Notes under the pieces: generated by a model
Databases searched by the model: none
Told to the model about the DNA's origin: nothing
Seen by the model: only the letters and a program-made list of their open reading frames with translations
In this document: positions 46,033 through 52,773 of the stretch, in pieces
How positions within the stretch are numbered: position 1 is the first letter of the stretch
How the letters are laid out: every line of letters begins with the position of its first letter
Assembly: GCA_040757455.1 (NCBI GenBank)
Contig: JBFLXE010000001.1
Span: forward strand, 1 to 52,773
Length of the DNA stretch: 52,773 nucleotides
Direction of reading: 5' to 3'
From: Nitrospirota bacterium
GTDB taxonomy: Bacteria; Nitrospirota; Thermodesulfovibrionia; Thermodesulfovibrionales; SM23-35
Translations under genes and position numbers: made by a program

Positions 46033-46846
46033 TGGGATAATATTATTCGAACTTGCCCTCACCTTCTATTTCGCAGCTACTATAGTCAGTATTACCGAAT
46101 TTTTTAGGAGTTCCAGGGTAACTTCAAAAATAATACTTTTCTCTGCCGCCCTCGGTTTCATCCTTCATACCGCAAGCATTATTTACAGATATCTTATTGC
46201 GGGCCATATTCCCATCACGAATTTTCATGAGGCAACATCATTCTTTTCCTGGTGCATCGTCTTGCTCTTCTTTCTTTTGGAATTCAGGTATAAAGTCAGT
46301 CTCCTTTCCTCTTTTATCATGCCCATTGTCTTTATCCTCATGCTTTCTTCTTCTATGCTTCCACGGGGGATAGAGCCTCTGCGTCCTGTTCTCAAGAGTT
46401 ACTGGTTGGGTATTCACACTATATTTGCCTTTCTTGGCAACGCCGCCTTTGCCATGTCTTTCGGCATAGGCTTCATGTATCTTGTTCAGGAACATTATGT
46501 GAAATCGAAACGCCTTGGCGGACTATTCGATAGACTGCCGAGCCTCGAGACTCTCGATGAGATAAATTACAAACTGATCACTTTGGGATTTCCGCTGCTC
46601 ACACTTGCAATAATTACAGGTGCCTTATGGGCGGAAAGTGCCTGGGGCAGTTACTGGAACTGGGATCCGCGTGAAGTCTGGTCACTCATCACGTGGTTTA
46701 TTTATGCACTCGTACTCCATGCCCGCCTTGTTGCCGGATGGCGGGGGAGAAGAGCTGCCCTGTTGTCCATTATCGGCTTCTCAACAATTCTGATAGCCTT
46801 TTTCGGCATAAAGCTGCTGCAAAAAGGACTTCACGTTTTTCTATGA
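46013..46846 (+). CDS. cytochrome c assembly protein (CcsA / HemX-like heme-handling membrane protein)
   Basis: It is multi-TM with the Trp-rich motif WGSYWNWDPREVWSLITW and has an ATGA overlap with hemA. The start is uncertain (GTG 46013 or TTG 46019). Confidence 0.8.
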   Translation: MSLAVSDGIILFELALTFYFAATIVSITEFFRSSRVTSKIILFSAALGFILHTASIIYRYLIAGHIPITNFHEATSFFSWCIVLLFFLLEFRYKVSLLSSFIMPIVFILMLSSSMLPRGIEPLRPVLKSYWLGIHTIFAFLGNAAFAMSFGIGFMYLVQEHYVKSKRLGGLFDRLPSLETLDEINYKLITLGFPLLTLAIITGALWAESAWGSYWNWDPREVWSLITWFIYALVLHARLVAGWRGRRAALLSIIGFSTILIAFFGIKLLQKGLHVFL

Positions 46847-48117
46847 GAATTTTCGTAATAGGATTGAATCACAAGACTGCTGATATTGATGTGAGAGAGA
46901 AATTCGCCTTCAGCGGGTCAAAACTCGAAGAGGGCTTGGCTGCCCTCAAAAAAATCCCGGATGTCAGGGAAGTAATCGTGTTGTCCACCTGCAACAGGGT
47001 TGAACTCTATGCAACTGTTCCGGATACCGAAAAAGCGGCAGAATCCATTAAGACTTTCCTCTCGACTTTCCACAATATAAACAGAGAATCTCTTGACAAT
47101 GCACTATATGTTTATGATGATGCTGGAGCAGTTAGGCACGTCTTCAGGGTGGCATCAAGCCTTGACTCAATGGTGGTCGGTGAGCCCCAGATTTTGGGCC
47201 AACTAAAAGATGCCTTCGATCTTGCCCTTCAGAAGAAGACTACAGGTGTCCTTCTTAATAAGTTAATGAAAAAAGCGATTTCGGTTGCCAAGAGGGTAAG
47301 GACCGAGACAAAAATTGCTGAAAATGCAGTATCTATTAGTTTTGCCGCTGTCGAACTGGCAAGAAAGATATTCACTGATCTCTCAAGAAGAACTTTTATG
47401 CTTTTGGGCGCCGGAGAGATGGCAGAGCTTGCCGCAAGACATCTAATCAGTAATGGTGTAAAGAATGTCATGGTATCAAATAGAACTTATGAACGGGCAT
47501 GCGAACTCGCCAACGAATTCAACGGAAGGCCTGTAAGATTTGACGAGTTTATCCACGAGCTTGTGCGGACCGATATACTGATATGTTCAACGGGTGCCCC
47601 TACATACATATTGACAAAAAGCCAGATGGGCAAGGTAATGAAAGAGAGGAAACAAAAACAGGTCTTCATTATTGATATCTCTGTCCCGAGAAATATCGAT
47701 CCCGAGATCAATACTCTGGATAATGTTTACCTTTACAATATTGATGATTTGCAGGACGTTGTTGACAAGAACCTTTTCGAGAGGCAGAAAGAGGCAGAAA
47801 AAGCCGAAAAGATAATTGAGGAAGAAATAGCAACATTTCTTAAGTGGCAGTCGTCGCTTGATTCAGTGCCGGCCATCAAAGCCCTGAGAGAGAAGGCAGA
47901 AGAAATCAAGAAGGAAGAACTGGAGAAGTTGCTGAACAAGCTTGCTGGTATCGGGGAAAAGGAGAGAGAGGCCATCGAATATATGGCATCAGCTATTGTC
48001 AACAAACTCATCCACCCGCCTACGGCGGCTTTGAAGGAAAATTCAGAAGAGAAAGATCTTCTGGTCGCATTGATACGGAAATTGTATGCCATTGATGGGG
48101 AAAAGGATGAAATCTGA
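46843..48117 (+). CDS. hemA: glutamyl-tRNA reductase
   Basis: The N-terminus is MRIFVIGLNHKTA with LSTCNRVE (active-site Cys) and the NADPH motif LLGAGEMAE. The track ORF's 50-aa upstream extension overlaps the ccsA-like gene and is unlikely to be real. Confidence 0.95.
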   Translation: MRIFVIGLNHKTADIDVREKFAFSGSKLEEGLAALKKIPDVREVIVLSTCNRVELYATVPDTEKAAESIKTFLSTFHNINRESLDNALYVYDDAGAVRHVFRVASSLDSMVVGEPQILGQLKDAFDLALQKKTTGVLLNKLMKKAISVAKRVRTETKIAENAVSISFAAVELARKIFTDLSRRTFMLLGAGEMAELAARHLISNGVKNVMVSNRTYERACELANEFNGRPVRFDEFIHELVRTDILICSTGAPTYILTKSQMGKVMKERKQKQVFIIDISVPRNIDPEINTLDNVYLYNIDDLQDVVDKNLFERQKEAEKAEKIIEEEIATFLKWQSSLDSVPAIKALREKAEEIKKEELEKLLNKLAGIGEKEREAIEYMASAIVNKLIHPPTAALKENSEEKDLLVALIRKLYAIDGEKDEI

Positions 48118-49090
48118 TAAGATAATCATCGGCACGCGAGGCAGCAAACTCGCCCTCTGGCAGGCGGAGTGGGTAAGGTCGGAGTTAATAAAGCTTTATC
48201 CTGACCTGAAAATTGAGTTGAGTAAGATCAAGACGACAGGAGACAAAATCCTGGATGTTCCTCTTGCGAAGATCGGGGGTAAAGGCCTATTTGTCAAAGA
48301 AATAGAAGAGGCTCTCTTGAGATGTGAAATCGACCTTGCTGTCCACAGTATGAAGGACATGCCGACGGATTTGCCGGAGGGTCTTCATATTGCTGCGGTC
48401 TGTAAAAGGGAAGATCCAAGGGATGCCTTCATATCAAGAATATCAAATTCCGGGTTTAAAATCCCAAATTTTGGGAGCCTCCCTTATGGTGCGATGGTGG
48501 GCACCAGCAGTTTGAGACGTTCGTGTCAAATCCTCAGTGTCAGGCCGGATCTGAAGATCGAACAGTTGAGAGGCAATCTTGACACCCGATTGAGAAAACT
48601 CGATGAGGGCCAATTCGATGCCGTCATATTGGCCACGGCGGGGGTCAAGAGGCTCGGCTTATATAACAGGATTACAGAGATACTTTCCCCTGAAATAAGC
48701 CTCCCTGCTATAGGACAGGGAGCAATCGGGGTCGAATGCAGAACAGGTGATAATTTCATTAATGATCTTATCACGCCACTTAATCACCCGGATACTTTCA
48801 CATGTATTACAGCTGAAAGGGCTTTCCTCAAAAAGCTGGAAGGTGGATGCCAGGTGCCGATAGCTGCATATGCCAGGATAGAGGAAGGTGGCAAGCTTAT
48901 CATGGACGGACTTGTCGGAAGTGTTTCGGGAGAAAAAATGATCAGGGGTCATGCGGAAGGAAAGTCCGTGGAGGCTGAATATATGGGCATTGCGATGGCA
49001 GAAGATATTCTTTCAAGGGGTGCAAAGGAAATACTGGATGACATCTACAAGAGGCCTGTGCCAGGCATTAACGGGGAAATAATCAGTTAG
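48107..49090 (+). CDS. hemC: hydroxymethylbilane synthase (porphobilinogen deaminase)
   Basis: It has IGTRGSKLALWQ, GGKGLFVKE, VGTSSLRR and LEGGCQVP motifs. ATG 48107 overlaps the end of hemA by 11 nt. Confidence 0.95.
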   Translation: MKSDKIIIGTRGSKLALWQAEWVRSELIKLYPDLKIELSKIKTTGDKILDVPLAKIGGKGLFVKEIEEALLRCEIDLAVHSMKDMPTDLPEGLHIAAVCKREDPRDAFISRISNSGFKIPNFGSLPYGAMVGTSSLRRSCQILSVRPDLKIEQLRGNLDTRLRKLDEGQFDAVILATAGVKRLGLYNRITEILSPEISLPAIGQGAIGVECRTGDNFINDLITPLNHPDTFTCITAERAFLKKLEGGCQVPIAAYARIEEGGKLIMDGLVGSVSGEKMIRGHAEGKSVEAEYMGIAMAEDILSRGAKEILDDIYKRPVPGINGEIIS

Positions 49091-49734
49091 ACCAGCCTTT
49101 CTTTTCTCTCCATTTCTTCAAGTCTCTCTCGCTTTTCCTGGCAGTCAACGCAGTATATGGCAAAAGGAAGAACTTTAAGCCTTTCTTCACTTATCTCTTC
49201 CCCGCAATCTTCACATATCCCGTAGGTTCCTTCATTAAGCTTCCTCAAACTTTCGTCTATCTTTTGCAGGTTCTCCCTGTGTGTGCTCAGCTGCTTTAAA
49301 CTTATATCTTCGGAAAGATCGACTACAGACCAATCTCCGTCATCAAGTGCCGTATCGACGAGTTGCCTCGTCTCGCCTTTTATATACTTGGAAATCTCCT
49401 CCTTGGCTTCTTTTACTATCTCTTCTCTTTTTCTGACAAGGGCCCTCCTTAAAAAGGCTCTTCTCTCCTCTTCAGACTTTGTCTCTCGAGCCCTCCTCGA
49501 AGCCAATGTCGTCCTGGTCCGGGATTTCGAAGCAGTTTTCTTTCTTGAGGGCTTCGATCTGACTTTCACAACGCCCACGGCAGGCTTCTTTGAAAAAACA
49601 TTTTTCTCTTTCCGTGCCTTTATCCCGGTTTTTGAAGCCGGCTTTTTACCTTTTTCTTGAACCTTAACCTTTTTCTTTTTAGTTTTCTTGACCGCCATAG
49701 CTCTTTTCACCTTCTGTTTCTGCCTGTTTTTCAT
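49087..49734 (-). CDS. DksA/TraR-family zinc-finger protein with a long Lys/Arg-rich N-terminal extension
   Basis: It has the C-terminal C4 finger CEDCGEEISEERLKVLPFAIYCVDC preceded by a coiled-coil region. The first ~100 aa are low-complexity and basic (KKTKKKKVKVQEKGKK...). The start is uncertain (49734 with AAGGA upstream, or 49797). The 3' end overlaps hemC by 4 nt on the opposite strand. Confidence 0.7.
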   Translation of the reverse strand: MKNRQKQKVKRAMAVKKTKKKKVKVQEKGKKPASKTGIKARKEKNVFSKKPAVGVVKVRSKPSRKKTASKSRTRTTLASRRARETKSEEERRAFLRRALVRKREEIVKEAKEEISKYIKGETRQLVDTALDDGDWSVVDLSEDISLKQLSTHRENLQKIDESLRKLNEGTYGICEDCGEEISEERLKVLPFAIYCVDCQEKRERLEEMERKERLV

Positions 49735-49856
49735 CTTCTTTTTCCTTGAAAATCTCGATGATGCTTCTAACCTTAATGCCAGCAGCCTGCAGGGCATCCC
49801 GGATGTCTGCTAATTTTGCATCAGTCACTTTCAAAATAAAATTGCTCTTCGTGATC

Positions 49857-51730
<1,874 letters not shown>

Positions 51731-51734
<4 letters not shown>

Positions 51735-52492
51735 TCTGACACCTCTGCCTCTTCCTGTTGAATTTTCTCTTCGACTTTTTGCTTCTCTTCCTCCTCCGCT
51801 CTCTTTTTCGACAACATCTCCTTTCCTTCGATAATCGCATCTGCGATCTTGGAGGTGATCAGTTTAATCGCCCTTATGGCATCATCATTGCCTGGAATTA
51901 CATAATCTATCTCGTCGGGGTCGCAATTTGTATCAACGATTGCGACAAGCGGTACAGACAACTTCCTCGCTTCGGCTACCGCGATCCTCTCCTTTTTAGG
52001 ATCGACCACGAACAAAGCACCGGGAAGGCTTGGCATTTCTTTAATTCCGACAAGGTTTTTTTCCAGGCGGGCCTTTTCTTTCTCGATGCCAGCAGCTTCC
52101 TTTTTTGTCAGGAGATCGAGCGTTCCGTCTTCTTTCATCATCTCAATCTTTTTTAATTTTTCAATGCTCTTTTTTATAGTCGAGAAATTTGTCAGCATGC
52201 CGCCGAGCCAGCGCTGGTTTACATAATACTCACCGGCCCTCAACGCCTCTTCCTGTATAGCATCCTGGGATTGTTTTTTTGTCCCCACAAAGAGTATAGG
52301 TGCACCTGCCATAGCTACGTTTTTTACGAAATTGTAGGCATCCTCAAGCCCTTTTACAGTTTTCTGCAGATCTATGATATAGATGCCGTTCCTTTCCCCA
52401 AAGATATATTTCTTCATCTTGGGATGCCATCTCTTCACCTGATGCCCGAAATGAACACCCGCCTCCAGCAATTCCTTCATGGCTGCAACCAT
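51731..52492 (-). CDS. rpsB: 30S ribosomal protein S2
   Basis: It has [14 protein letters not shown] and FVGTKKQ motifs and a C-terminal acidic tail. Confidence 0.95.
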
Positions 52493-52604
52493 TTCTTCTG
52501 TTATCCTCCTGTCCTGCCTCTGTTAACTCGTTTATCGCCATATCAGCGCACAGAGGCCAAAAGTGTATTTCCTGAAAGGGAAAAAAGTCTCTTTCAGGAA
52601 AGAC

Positions 52605-52634
52605 AGATTAACATAAAAATAGCTTTTTTTGCAA
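52605..52634 (-). promoter_or_regulatory. candidate promoter for rpsB-tsf-pyrH-frr
   Basis: The minus strand reads TTGCAA, an 18-nt spacer, then TAATCT with a TGt extended -10 context, ~110 nt upstream of the rpsB ATG. Confidence 0.25.
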
Positions 52635-52773
52635 GGGAAACAGTGGTTAAGGGATTCGAGAAATAACTTTTTTCAAGCTGCGATTTCAAGAGGTAAGCCG
52701 CCACCAGAATAGAAAAATGTTTTTCCTTGCACGTCACTGTCATTTTTGTCTCACTATAAGCCCTTCTACACCT

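Noticed and set aside
46693-46842. 50-aa N-terminal extension of hemA (MVYLCTRTPCPPCCRM...)
   Set aside because: It lies entirely inside the ccsA-like gene in another frame. ATG 46843 gives the canonical MRIFVIGLNHKTA N-terminus and an ATGA coupling.
48440-48480. Small extra segment in HemC (ISNSGFKIPNFGS) as a third in-frame repeat insertion
   Set aside because: It is only ~6 residues longer than the E. coli HemC sequence as I recall it and lies in a variable loop. The local near-palindrome tcccaaattttggga is too short to call an element.

Overview
This 52.8-kb window is a gene-dense, moderately AT-rich bacterial chromosomal segment made up almost entirely of housekeeping operons. On the + strand these are pstS-pstC-pstA-pstB-phoU-phoU, htrA, yacL-like/ispD/ispF, selA, parA-parB-trxB-like, and a ccsA-like/hemA/hemC cluster. 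On the - strand they are aminotransferase-serA-purA, a PilZ gene/comF/PHP/TPR cluster, selB, an M29 peptidase, purF, MBL-birA, relA, recJ, secF-secD-yajC, and rpsB-tsf-pyrH-frr plus a dksA-like gene. I recognised no rRNA, tRNA, CRISPR array, transposase, integrase or phage gene. Gene content and repeat families suggest an anaerobic, selenocysteine-using lineage (Nitrospirota or Deltaproteobacteria-like), but that guess is low confidence. The non-routine content falls into six groups. (1) An AT-rich accessory patch at the left edge holds a RadC fragment, a minimal nucleotidyltransferase with a coupled small ORF, and two unannotated small ORFs, one very Cys-rich. (2) An orphan cytoplasmic signalling pair combines a REC-PAS-HisKA_3 kinase with an HD-GYP protein that has a 7-Cys N-terminal domain. 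(3) Palindromic repeat elements occur in the pstS-pstC and recJ-secF spacers and also as in-frame insertions inside recJ and ispD. (4) The TrxR-like flavoprotein lacks the NADPH-binding signatures. (5) A Pho-box-like array of four hexamers at 11-bp phasing lies upstream of pstS. (6) Several promoter-like elements sit so close to SD-less start codons that leaderless mRNAs are plausible. I found no clearly delimited multi-gene novel system, and the signalling pair and the left-edge module are the best candidates. All functional calls come from reading the translations for motifs; no database search was run.
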